Positions 1 to 6,679 of a DNA stretch of 32,000 bases are shown here, in pieces. Position numbers and translations under genes: made by a program. Origin of the DNA: Brevibacillus gelatini (GTDB lineage Bacteria > Bacillota > Bacilli > Brevibacillales > Brevibacillaceae); NCBI RefSeq assembly GCF_003710935.1, contig NZ_RHHS01000047.1, forward strand, positions 65,648-97,647, read 5' to 3'. The notes beneath the pieces were generated by a model. It worked only from the letters and a program-made list of their open reading frames with translations. It ran no database searches and was not told where the DNA came from. The stretch's first letter is position 1, and each line of letters begins with the position of its first letter.

Positions 1-303
1 GCCGCGGTTTTGAAATTGCGGGTGGACCGCCAATCCCAGGATGCTTTGGTGCCCGCCAGTTGCCGGATTTTTTTCACTATGACGAAACAAATCATCTGTA
101 ATATAGGCAGTTTCAATGACTGGCCCATTTACGAACCCGACAATTTCCCCGTTCTCTTCCGCGACAAAAAAACTGTCCGGGATCATCTGAATCCGCTTAG
201 TAAAAGCCGCTTCCGTTGCAGCCTCTTCTTCCGAAAAACAAAGCTGTTCGATGGCTACAAGCTGCGGCAAATCTTCCATCTTGACGTTTCTGATTTTGAA
301 CAT
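1..303 (-). CDS. GNAT family N-acetyltransferase (N-terminal 101 codons; the C-terminus runs off the left edge of the window)
   Basis: Manual reverse translation from ATG at 303-301 (SD AAAGGGTGG at 317-309, 5-nt spacer) gives MFKIRNVKMEDLPQLVAIEQLCFSEEEAATEAAFTKRIQMIPDSFFVAEENGEIVGFVNGPVIE...GGHQSILGLAVHPQFQNRG. This is the GNAT fold, ending in the acetyl-CoA motif A (V-H-P-x-F-Q-x-R-G). The frame is open to base 1, so it is missing from the supplied ORF track. Confidence 0.8.
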   Translation of the reverse strand, partial: MFKIRNVKMEDLPQLVAIEQLCFSEEEAATEAAFTKRIQMIPDSFFVAEENGEIVGFVNGPVIETAYITDDLFRHSEKNPATGGHQSILGLAVHPQFQNRG

Positions 304-564
304 AGTTACCACCCTTTGATTGTTGCATGAAGGCACTATACTGCAAAGCTTGAAAGCATTTGGGCAGGATAGCAGGCATGAAAAAGAGCGAATACAGCAC
401 TTCAAATCATTGTACCATCTTTTGGTTTGGACAGCGCGTGTAAACTCATGACAGAGTGAAGCTTGCTTGAAAAATTAGCAGATAGTGGTAACATGAAAAA
501 GCATGCTGTTTTTTGGAAATACAGCTTTCAGTAAATGTAAATCGTCTACACAGAGAGAAAGGGG

Positions 565-780
565 ATGGGCATTGTGCTGGATTTTGGCGCTGTTTCTGTG
601 GAATGGGGTACGATGTTGGTCCAATTAATCGTTTTTCTTCCGGCGCTGCTGTTTTACGCGTTCGTCATTTATGCGATCGTGAAAGTGCTTCGTTTCATGA
701 AAGAAAAAATACAGCTTGACCGCGAGCGGAATCAAAAGCTCGCCCAGTTGCTGGAGAGCAGGAGACATGAACAAAACTAA
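565..780 (+). CDS. small single-pass membrane protein, hypothetical
   Basis: 71-aa ORF with one hydrophobic helix (LVQLIVFLPALLFYAFVIYAIV) and a charged C-terminal tail. The purine-rich SD GAGAAAGGGG abuts ATG 565, so in-frame GTG 574 or ATG 613 may be the true start. A hairpin follows the stop. Confidence 0.5.
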   Translation: MGIVLDFGAVSVEWGTMLVQLIVFLPALLFYAFVIYAIVKVLRFMKEKIQLDRERNQKLAQLLESRRHEQN

Positions 781-801
781 ACCGCTGGTGCAGTTCGTCA
801 A

Positions 802-850
802 AACAGGATGCGCAGGCAAGCTCTCATGCAGCTTCGCCGAGCATCCTGTT
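802..850. terminator. hairpin between convergent genes (putative bidirectional terminator)
   Basis: AACAGGATGC (802-811) pairs with GCATCCTGTT (841-850), a 10-bp stem with a structured loop. Short T tracts flank it on both strands (TTTT on the minus strand). Confidence 0.5.
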
Positions 851-863
851 TGTGCAAAATACC

Positions 864-1061
864 TCAGAAAGCAAACAGGCCGCTAAACCATGGCAATGCC
901 ACATAGACGAGCGCACAGACCATGAGAAACAGCATCGTTTTCAAAAGCGTGCCTGCCAGAAAGCTGTCGGTGGACAGACTGCGCTCGATCAGCCTTTCGA
1001 CCGCGAGAAAAAGCGTGATGGCCAAAAAAGCGAGCAGGGCGAAGCCGATGAACGGTCCCAC
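864..1061 (-). CDS. small two-helix membrane protein, hypothetical
   Basis: The track ORF 864..1097 starts at a TTG with no SD. In-frame GTG at 1061 lies 9 nt downstream of AGGAGGTG (1078-1071). That start gives a 65-aa hydrophobic product, MGPFIGFALLAFLAITLFLAVERL... Confidence 0.5.
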   Translation of the reverse strand: MGPFIGFALLAFLAITLFLAVERLIERSLSTDSFLAGTLLKTMLFLMVCALVYVALPWFSGLFAF

Positions 1062-1107
1062 GCGGGTGACACCTCCTGCAATTTGATTGTCTGGCAAGCT
1101 TTTATGG

Positions 1108-1290
1108 CTAGTGTCCTACTCGATGTGCTTCATCCTCGATTGGTAAATATATCCAAAAGTATAGCGAAAGGAACAAACCGACTGTCAGGAAAACAAGCCA
1201 TCTGAACCGGTAAGACGGTGATGCGACAATCACAACCCAGCTAACGAAAAGCAGCAAAAGGAACCCATTGTTTATGATAGTGTCGAGCAT
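1108..1290 (-). CDS. small membrane protein, hypothetical
   Basis: The track ORF 1108..1410 is trimmed to ATG 1290, which is preceded by GGGAGGGAGG (about 1299-1308 on the minus strand). The 60-aa product MLDTIINNGFLLLLFVSWVVIVASPSYRFRWLVFLTVGLFLSLYFWIY... has two hydrophobic helices. Confidence 0.55.
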   Translation of the reverse strand: MLDTIINNGFLLLLFVSWVVIVASPSYRFRWLVFLTVGLFLSLYFWIYLPIEDEAHRVGH

Positions 1291-1381
1291 AGGCGAAGCC
1301 TCCCTCCCTATGAACGATACGTTTCCTGGATATTTTTGGTTACAGGAGAGGGAGAGCGATGTGCGTCGACAAGCCACCGTG

Positions 1382-1729
1382 TCAGCGAAAATCTTTCCAC
1401 GTAAAATCAATGCTCAAAAGGCCGATGTACTTTTCTTTCATCGTGACCTTTCCTTTCGTAGCCAACTTTGGCTTGCGAAAGCAGACGAGGTCTTCGTAAT
1501 AGCCGAACATCCGGCAAATTTCCGGGCGAAACGAATGAATGCCGCACTGGTCTTTGTTCATGTCATAAAAAATACAGGTTCCGCTAAAACGGGGCTGCTG
1601 CTCCAGGTTTTCGCGCAGCTTTTTCGGAATGGCTTTCAGCTTCTTATGTATGTTCGTACGCTCCTTTTCCGTGATCGGAACCGGACCGCAGCACAAGCCT
1701 TTGCAACCTTGGCATGGCAATGTATTCAC
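1382..1729 (-). CDS. YkgJ-family (UPF0153/CxxCxxCC) zinc/iron-chelating cysteine-cluster protein
   Basis: Contains CQGCKGLCCGPVP near the N-terminus plus the later motifs CIFYD...CGIH...PEICRMF typical of the family. The first ~35 codons of the track ORF (to 1843) are AT-rich and coincide with a near-consensus promoter. The start was therefore moved to GTG 1729; TTG 1747 is an alternative. Confidence 0.65.
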   Translation of the reverse strand: MNTLPCQGCKGLCCGPVPITEKERTNIHKKLKAIPKKLRENLEQQPRFSGTCIFYDMNKDQCGIHSFRPEICRMFGYYEDLVCFRKPKLATKGKVTMKEKYIGLLSIDFTWKDFR

Positions 1730-1814
1730 AAAAGCACAACCTTTCAATCTGTTCTTTGCTTTTTTTGTAAAGAATAGTATGAAAGGTTTGTTTTGGTTTG
1801 TAAACAAAAATTTA

Positions 1815-1843
1815 AATATATCAAAAATATATAATTTTGTCAA
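1815..1843 (-). promoter_or_regulatory. sigma-A type promoter for the YkgJ-family gene
   Basis: On the minus strand: TTGACA (1843-1838), a 17-nt spacer ending in TGA, then TATATT (1820-1815). This is a consensus -35 with an extended -10. Confidence 0.6.
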
Positions 1844-1888
1844 TATTCATTTGATGTAAAACTGCCGTTTGCACAAGAAAAATAAGTC

Positions 1889-1930
1889 AAACCCGTCTTT
1901 GCAGCAAGCGCAACAACGGGTTTTCTTTAC
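1889..1930 (-). terminator. hairpin downstream of the O-methyltransferase gene
   Basis: AAACCCGT (1889-1896) pairs with ACGGGTTT (1916-1923), with an inner TTGC/GCAA stem. T-rich flanks are present on both strands. Confidence 0.5.
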
Positions 1931-1949
1931 AGGATGCCTGTACGGTTCG

Positions 1950-2627
1950 TTAACGTGGGTCTTCTGTTACCAGCGCGATGACAAAGCCGTCGTAGCCTTT
2001 GCTTCCGACCGTTTGAATGGCGGTCGCGCTGACTGTAGGCTCGTTTGCCACCAGATTCGTGAATTGCCGGACGCCGACAATGTTTGGATCACTGCTTGTT
2101 TCGTCGATCACGGCTCCATTGCGCACCACGTTATCGGTGATGATGACGCTGCCTTTTCGCGAAAACTTCAGCGCCCAGCGGAAGTAGGCGGGATTGTTTT
2201 TCTTGTCGGCATCGATGAAGATGAGGTCAAACGGCCCGCAATTTTCATTGGCGAGCGCAGACAGGCTGTCCAAAGCGTCTCCAAGCCTGATCTCGACCAC
2301 TGATTCAAGTCCGGCACGAGCGATATTGGCTTTGGCCACCTCGGCATGCTTTGGCTCCGCTTCGAGCGTGATGAGCCGACCGTCGTGGGGCAAGGCGCGG
2401 GCAAGCCAAATCGTGCTATAGCCGCCAAGTGTCCCGATCTCCAAAATCGTCCGCGCTCCCTGAATGCGTGCCAGCAGATGGAGAAGTTTCCCCTGATTGG
2501 GCGCGACATCGATTGGCGGGAGGCCAGCAGCGGCGTTGCTCTCCAGCGCCGCGTCGAGGATGGGATCTGCTGAAATCAATTGCCGGGAAAAGTAGTCGTC
2601 TACAGCTATCCATTGATCGCGATTCAT
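1950..2627 (-). CDS. class I SAM-dependent O-methyltransferase (Methyltransf_3, caffeoyl-CoA OMT-like family)
   Basis: 225 aa. It has the SAM motif ILEIGTLGGYS, then DLIFIDADK and the family-typical C-terminal GSVIITDNV. SD AAGGAG lies upstream of ATG 2627. Confidence 0.85.
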   Translation of the reverse strand: MNRDQWIAVDDYFSRQLISADPILDAALESNAAAGLPPIDVAPNQGKLLHLLARIQGARTILEIGTLGGYSTIWLARALPHDGRLITLEAEPKHAEVAKANIARAGLESVVEIRLGDALDSLSALANENCGPFDLIFIDADKKNNPAYFRWALKFSRKGSVIITDNVVRNGAVIDETSSDPNIVGVRQFTNLVANEPTVSATAIQTVGSKGYDGFVIALVTEDPR

Positions 2628-2684
2628 CGTTCCACTCCTTTATCATGGGAAAATGAGCATGCTACAAATTCAACAAGCTTTTGC

Positions 2685-3113
2685 TCAACGCACAAAATTC
2701 AGAATGCCGACGAGAATGAACAAGGCCAGGAACGCGATGATGGCGTACAGCAAATAACCTGGCTGTTTGTTAGCCGTTTGTTCCCCGGCCACCTGACCGG
2801 GCGTGAGCGGAAGTGCGGAATCTCCGGCATGCTTCGGACCGCTCGATTCATCGGATTGGATCAATGGCTGCTTGTCAGTCGACAAAATCAGACCGACGAT
2901 CAACAGAAAGACGCTTGCTGCCAGAAAAAAGGTGACAAAGCCGTTGGTGAAAAGGGAGGGAAGTTCCGGCAGCGTCGGAAATTGCCCGGTAATAGAGGCG
3001 GCCTGCATTTGCCCGATCCAGATGTAGTAAGCGAGAATTCTTTCGAGTGTATAAAGGAATCCGCTGGCTAGAAAAAAGATCGCGCTGAGTGTAAAGGCAA
3101 GCTTTGCGGTCAT
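2685..3113 (-). CDS. membrane protein, hypothetical
   Basis: 142 aa with 3-4 hydrophobic segments and a Pro/Gly/Ser-rich linker. SD AGGTGA lies 6 nt upstream of ATG 3113. I recognise no family. Confidence 0.55.
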   Translation of the reverse strand: MTAKLAFTLSAIFFLASGFLYTLERILAYYIWIGQMQAASITGQFPTLPELPSLFTNGFVTFFLAASVFLLIVGLILSTDKQPLIQSDESSGPKHAGDSALPLTPGQVAGEQTANKQPGYLLYAIIAFLALFILVGILNFVR

Positions 3114-3144
3114 CGGATTTCACCTGCTTTCTGTCCGGATCGAA

Positions 3145-3450
3145 TTAATGGAGATAAGACATGAAGATGGCGGCGGAAAAGCATGTGGCTGCACTGAGAT
3201 AGAGCAGAGCGGTAGCCCGCCTGGATAGTGGTTGGTTGTGTTTGCTTGGGAACCAGCCGGACTGCTGCAGCCGATTGCGGTAAAAAATGAAGTAAAGCAG
3301 AAACAGGGCTGCCTGCGCCAAAATAATGTTTTCTCCAGGGGATGACTGCCGAAAAAACAAAGTGACCACCGGACTTGTCACTGCAAGGAAAATCGCCATC
3401 CAAATCAGGATGCGAATGATTTCCAAAATGAAGCGAAACAAAAGGAACAT
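3145..3450 (-). CDS. membrane protein, hypothetical
   Basis: The track ORF 3145..3525 is trimmed to ATG 3450, preceded by GAGGTG (3462-3457). The 101-aa product MFLLFRFILEIIRILIWMAIFLAVTSPVV... is strongly hydrophobic. Confidence 0.55.
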   Translation of the reverse strand: MFLLFRFILEIIRILIWMAIFLAVTSPVVTLFFRQSSPGENIILAQAALFLLYFIFYRNRLQQSGWFPSKHNQPLSRRATALLYLSAATCFSAAIFMSYLH

Positions 3451-3623
3451 CGTAATCACCTCGTTTATTGTAACATAATCCCATTGCTTGGGAAATAATG
3501 GTGCATGAATAAAGAGAGGAAACAATTGCGTCTGTTACCATTATTTTCGCATGGTATTATCGTCCAATCCCGGAGATAATAGAAATGTAATCCAAGCTAA
3601 CTAGTATAATCCATCTTGGGGAT

Positions 3624-3665
3624 GCGTTCGACTGAATTTTTGCAGACAGGTCGACGCTTTTTTTT
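3624..3665 (+). terminator. intrinsic terminator 1 of the 3545-4057 gap
   Basis: GCGTTCGAC (3624-3632) pairs with GTCGACGC (3650-3657) with one bulged T, followed by T8 (3658-3665). No CDS lies upstream on the plus strand. Confidence 0.65.
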
Positions 3666-3701
3666 GTTCCAGACATAGGTACTATTACCTAAATGTGATC
3701 G

Positions 3702-3803
3702 TTGTTACCGGGTCGAACATCCTATATGATGAAATCATTCACGTATAACATATGCGTACTACCCCGTACGACCCAGCCCGAAGTTGCGGCTGGGATTTTT
3801 TTT
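3702..3803 (+). ncRNA. candidate small RNA unit B (promoter, roughly 67-nt transcript, terminator)
   Basis: TTGTTA (3702-3707), 17 nt, TATGAT (3725-3730). A hairpin CGTAC-UACCCC-GUACG follows at 3755-3770. The terminator is CCCAGCC (3772-3778) paired with GGCTGGG (3788-3794), then A and T8 (3796-3803). No SD-preceded ORF is present. Confidence 0.35.
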
Positions 3804-3888
3804 GTAAAGGGTCATCCAATGATCTCCTATCGCGTTTTCAGCGCTTATGGTATATTTTATACTAGGACTCACAATGTTCTTGGGGTCT

Positions 3889-3927
3889 GCGGTGGCTCAA
3901 AAAGGCAGAGGAGTCACCGCTTTTTTT
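3889..3927 (+). terminator. intrinsic terminator 3 of the 3545-4057 gap
   Basis: GCGGTGGCTC (3889-3898) pairs with GAGTCACCGC (3911-3920), a 10-bp stem with one G-U pair, followed by T7 (3921-3927). An extended -10, TGgTATATT (3848-3856), lies about 35 nt upstream. Confidence 0.7.
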
Positions 3928-4066
3928 ATGGAATGGAAAAGGATCAGCAATACCAGCGGTTCGCTCGTTCGCTGGCAAATACCTGCCATGGAAGGATCGC
4001 GCATTCATACACGCTTCATTTCCGGTCATCCTAAAGAAAGGGTAGATTGGTCTGGAGGTGTTTTGC

Positions 4067-4513
4067 ATGCGAGCGATCCTTGCTATTTTGATGCTGGCTT
4101 TGGCGATTACAGGCTGCACAGGCAATAACAGCGCGCAAACCAAGCAGAAAAACGACGCCGAACCATTGTGCACACCGGCACCTGTCCGCTATACCGAATG
4201 GGAAGAGCAGGCAAAGGCGATTGCTGGCAGCGTGAATGGCGTCGACGAAGCAGCAGCCGTGCAAATTGACAAAGACTTGAACCTTGCCATCAAGGTGAGC
4301 AATTTTAACCGCTTCCGGCTGGAGTCGATTGAAAAAGAAGTCGCAGGAAAGCTGAAGGAGGCTTTCCCGGATTCGAATATCCACGTCACTTCCGACAAGA
4401 GGCTGTTTTCCGACCTGCAAGCCATGAGCAGTGCTCCGTGGCCAACCGATGTCAAGGAAGCGTGCAAGAAGAAAAAAGAAAGCAAAGAACTGGAAAAGAA
4501 AATGAGAGGGTAA
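4067..4513 (+). CDS. YhcN/YlaJ-family sporulation lipoprotein
   Basis: ATG 4067 lies 6 nt after GGAGGTG (4054-4060). The lipoprotein signal is MRAILAILMLALAITGC. The family core is AIAGSVNGVDEAAAVQIDKDLNLAIKVSNF...IEKEVAGKLKEAFPDSNIHVTSDKRLF. Confidence 0.8.
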   Translation: MRAILAILMLALAITGCTGNNSAQTKQKNDAEPLCTPAPVRYTEWEEQAKAIAGSVNGVDEAAAVQIDKDLNLAIKVSNFNRFRLESIEKEVAGKLKEAFPDSNIHVTSDKRLFSDLQAMSSAPWPTDVKEACKKKKESKELEKKMRG

Positions 4514-4525
4514 CAGCGCTTATGG

Positions 4526-4559
4526 CCTCGGTTTACCGGAAAGGTGACCGAGGTTTTTT
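4526..4559 (+). terminator. intrinsic terminator of the ylaJ-like gene
   Basis: CCTCGGT (4526-4532) pairs with ACCGAGG (4547-4553), followed by T6. Confidence 0.75.
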
Positions 4560-4566
4560 ACGGCGC

Positions 4567-4595
4567 AAAAGAAAAACTCCCGGGAAAAGGGAGTT
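4567..4595 (-). terminator. intrinsic terminator of the 4604-4861 gene
   Basis: The minus strand reads AACTCCC-TTTTCCC-GGGAGTT followed by TTTTCTTTT. Confidence 0.7.
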
Positions 4596-4603
4596 GGATT
4601 CGT

Positions 4604-4861
4604 TTAATAGCGTTCGTCATCATCATGTTCCCGATCACGTTCATGATCTCGGTCACGACCACGATCCCGATGAAAGTCGACGTTGCGCAACTCTTCTTTT
4701 GCTTTTTCAACCAGCGCTTTATAATCCCTTACCACTTCGGTCAGGGCAGAAACGGATTCTTTGTAATCCGGCTCGTTGCAAATCCCATCAATGGCTCGAT
4801 GGAGGTGGTACATTTTATCTTCGGTTTTGCGGATAAATTCTACCCAATCCATTCCGTTCAT
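4604..4861 (-). CDS. hypothetical small protein with an Arg/Asp/His/Glu-rich C-terminal tail
   Basis: 85 aa, with a strong SD (AAAGGAGG) upstream of ATG 4861 and its own terminator. The helical N-terminal part is followed by HRDRGRDRDHERDREHDDDERY. I recognise no family. Confidence 0.6.
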   Translation of the reverse strand: MNGMDWVEFIRKTEDKMYHLHRAIDGICNEPDYKESVSALTEVVRDYKALVEKAKEELRNVDFHRDRGRDRDHERDREHDDDERY

Positions 4862-5112
4862 AAAAATACCTCCTTTCCTTGCCTTAGCCTTTACCCGATG
4901 AGAGAGAAGTATGCAGCAGGAAGAATCATTTTTTTGACAGTTTTTCAGACCATGTTTATCTCTTTACTATGGAAATAAACTTGCATCGTGCGTAATATAA
5001 GAGGATGGGACAATTAGCAGCGGAAATATCCGTTTACGGTTTTCGCACAACCAGCACAACCAGAGAAAACTGTCCGTGGACTGTTTGCGAAAAGCCAATT
5101 GAGGTGAAGAAT

Positions 5113-6087
5113 GTGGATCTTTTAGCAAAAGTAAACAAGTCATTGGAAAAAATAATGCCTTTGCTCACCCCAAGCAGTGTGGCGATTGGCGTATTGGCAG
5201 GGACTCATCTGCAACCATATGCATTTTTGTCGCCGTGGGTGTTTGCCTTTATGACCTTCGCCGGGAGCCTGGGAGCGGGCTTCAAGGAATTTGCCAAAGT
5301 GATGACGCGGCCGCTGCCCCTTGTCGTCAATCTGCTGATTTTACATGCCCTGATGCCGTTCATCGCCTGGGGAGTGGCCAATTTGCTCTACCCGGACGAT
5401 ATGCATGTCGTTACGGGCTTTTTGCTGGCCGCCCTGATCCCGACCGGAATTTCCAGCTTTCTCTGGTCGTCGATTTACATGGGCAATATTGCGCTGACCC
5501 TCTCGATTATTTTGCTGGATACGATGATCTCGCCGCTTGTCGTTCCGTTTGGCATGTACGCTTTGCTCGGGGCCAAGGTAGAGATGGATGCGTGGGACAT
5601 GATGCAAGGGCTGTTCTACATGATTGTGCTGCCGTCGCTTGTCGGGATGCTGCTGCACCATTTTTCCAAAGGAAGAGTCAAACAGACATTGGCTCCCAAG
5701 CTCGCTCCGTTTTCCAAGCTGGGGATGGGTGTAGTCGTTGCGATTAACAGCTCGATGGTCGCGAACTATTTTCACGCCTTCGATGTCAAGCTCCTGGGAA
5801 TGGCGCTGGTCGTGCTTTTTCTCGCCATTTTGGGGTATTTGCTTGGCTGGTGGATCTCCAGACTATTTGGCTGGGAGCGCGATGTGATCGTGACCTTGAC
5901 CTTTAACAGCGGGATGCGCAATATCAGTGCGGGAGCGGTCATGGCGATCACCTATTTTCCGGCGACAGTCGCGTTGCCGGTCGTGCTGGGAATGCTGTTT
6001 CAGCAGACGCTCGCATCGAGCTTTGGCAAGTTTTTGGACATCGTGGAAAAAACACCGAAAAAAATCGTGCAGGAAGCCGCGCATTAG
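5113..6087 (+). CDS. bile acid:sodium symporter (BASS/SBF-like) family transporter
   Basis: Polytopic membrane protein with family-typical segments (ALIPTGISSFLWSS..., LTFNSGMRNISAGAVMA). The track start 5005 has no SD. GTG 5113 follows GAGGTG (5101-5106) and removes a non-hydrophobic extension. Confidence 0.75.
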   Translation: MDLLAKVNKSLEKIMPLLTPSSVAIGVLAGTHLQPYAFLSPWVFAFMTFAGSLGAGFKEFAKVMTRPLPLVVNLLILHALMPFIAWGVANLLYPDDMHVVTGFLLAALIPTGISSFLWSSIYMGNIALTLSIILLDTMISPLVVPFGMYALLGAKVEMDAWDMMQGLFYMIVLPSLVGMLLHHFSKGRVKQTLAPKLAPFSKLGMGVVVAINSSMVANYFHAFDVKLLGMALVVLFLAILGYLLGWWISRLFGWERDVIVTLTFNSGMRNISAGAVMAITYFPATVALPVVLGMLFQQTLASSFGKFLDIVEKTPKKIVQEAAH

Positions 6088-6094
6088 ATTGGCA

Positions 6095-6116
6095 AGCGGG
6101 GCGATCCTGCTTTTTT
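6095..6116 (+). terminator. intrinsic terminator of the BASS transporter gene
   Basis: AGCGGG (6095-6100) pairs with CCTGCT (6106-6111), followed by a T run to 6116. Confidence 0.55.
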
Positions 6117-6205
6117 ACCGAGCTAAGCGAATAACCGAATAAGCCAGAACATGCTTGCCCCACAGCGCGGTCGTTATTCCTTAAAGCCCTCGATTGAGGA
6201 TTTTA

Positions 6206-6254
6206 TTGCTTGTTCGCATGATGTTCGTATATAATTTACACAAACATACGTTCG
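6206..6254 (+). promoter_or_regulatory. promoter with a LexA (Cheo-box)-like site
   Basis: TTGCTT (6206-6211), 18 nt, TATAAT (6230-6235). CAAACATACGTTCG (6241-6254) matches the Bacillus LexA consensus CGAACATATGTTCG at 12 of 14 positions and sits over the predicted transcription start. Confidence 0.4.
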
Positions 6255-6257
6255 AGG

Positions 6258-6557
6258 GTGAGGCACGTGAGGATCGGAACTAGCTCAAAACGGCAAGCTT
6301 CCCGGCTGCGCACAATTCCGCCGCTGGTCACGAAGCAGGAGCGCGAGTCGTTTTTGTATTTGCTCCGGGATTCGGGCAGGGAGGATTATGCAGTGACCGT
6401 CAGCTGGTGGGTCGCGATGGACGGCGAGTGCGGGAACACACAGAGCATGTGGGGTGTGGTCAAGTGGATCGATCCGCAATCGCGCAAAGTTCAGTTGGTG
6501 AATGAAAAGAGAAGCGAATGGATTGAGCTGGAAAAGATCGTGAATGTTCGCGGCTGA
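6258..6557 (+). CDS. YolD-like family protein
   Basis: 99 aa. The C-terminal part, VSWW...WGVVKWIDPQSRKVQLVNEKRSEWIELEKIVNV, matches the YolD-like pattern (small beta-rich domain, W-x-I-D-P-x-x-R-x-x-x-L). GTG 6267 is an alternative start with better SD spacing. Confidence 0.65.
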   Translation: MRHVRIGTSSKRQASRLRTIPPLVTKQERESFLYLLRDSGREDYAVTVSWWVAMDGECGNTQSMWGVVKWIDPQSRKVQLVNEKRSEWIELEKIVNVRG

Positions 6558-6581
6558 GTTTGGCGGCCGCAAAAACAAAGC

Positions 6582-6609
6582 GGGGAGGGCGAGTATGCCC
6601 TCCTTTTTT
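6582..6609 (+). terminator. intrinsic terminator of the yolD-like gene
   Basis: GGAGGGC (6584-6590) pairs with GCCCTCC (6597-6603), followed by T6. Confidence 0.8.
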
Positions 6610-6679
6610 GATAGGGAAGGAAAAAAGAGCTCACGTCACATAAACTGACACAAAAGATGCGAAAATAGCCAAAATAAAT

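Noticed and set aside
10-330. 106-aa plus-strand ORF at the left edge, and the 197-400 minus-strand ORF.
   Set aside because: The opposite strand of 1-303 encodes a clean GNAT acetyltransferase N-terminus with an SD. The listed ORFs have no motifs and no SD.
3702-4128. Plus-strand ORFs 3702-4034 (110 aa) and 3847-4128 (93 aa) in the gap upstream of the ylaJ-like gene.
   Set aside because: Both read straight through one or two strong intrinsic terminators, lack an SD and have an odd composition. The 3847 ORF also overlaps the genuine lipoprotein gene out of frame.
5046-5063. Perfect tandem 9-bp repeat CACAACCAG x2 in the BASS transporter leader.
   Set aside because: It has only two copies, no associated structure or known motif, and lies inside a stretch that a spurious ORF extension covers. 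It is noted but too small to interpret.
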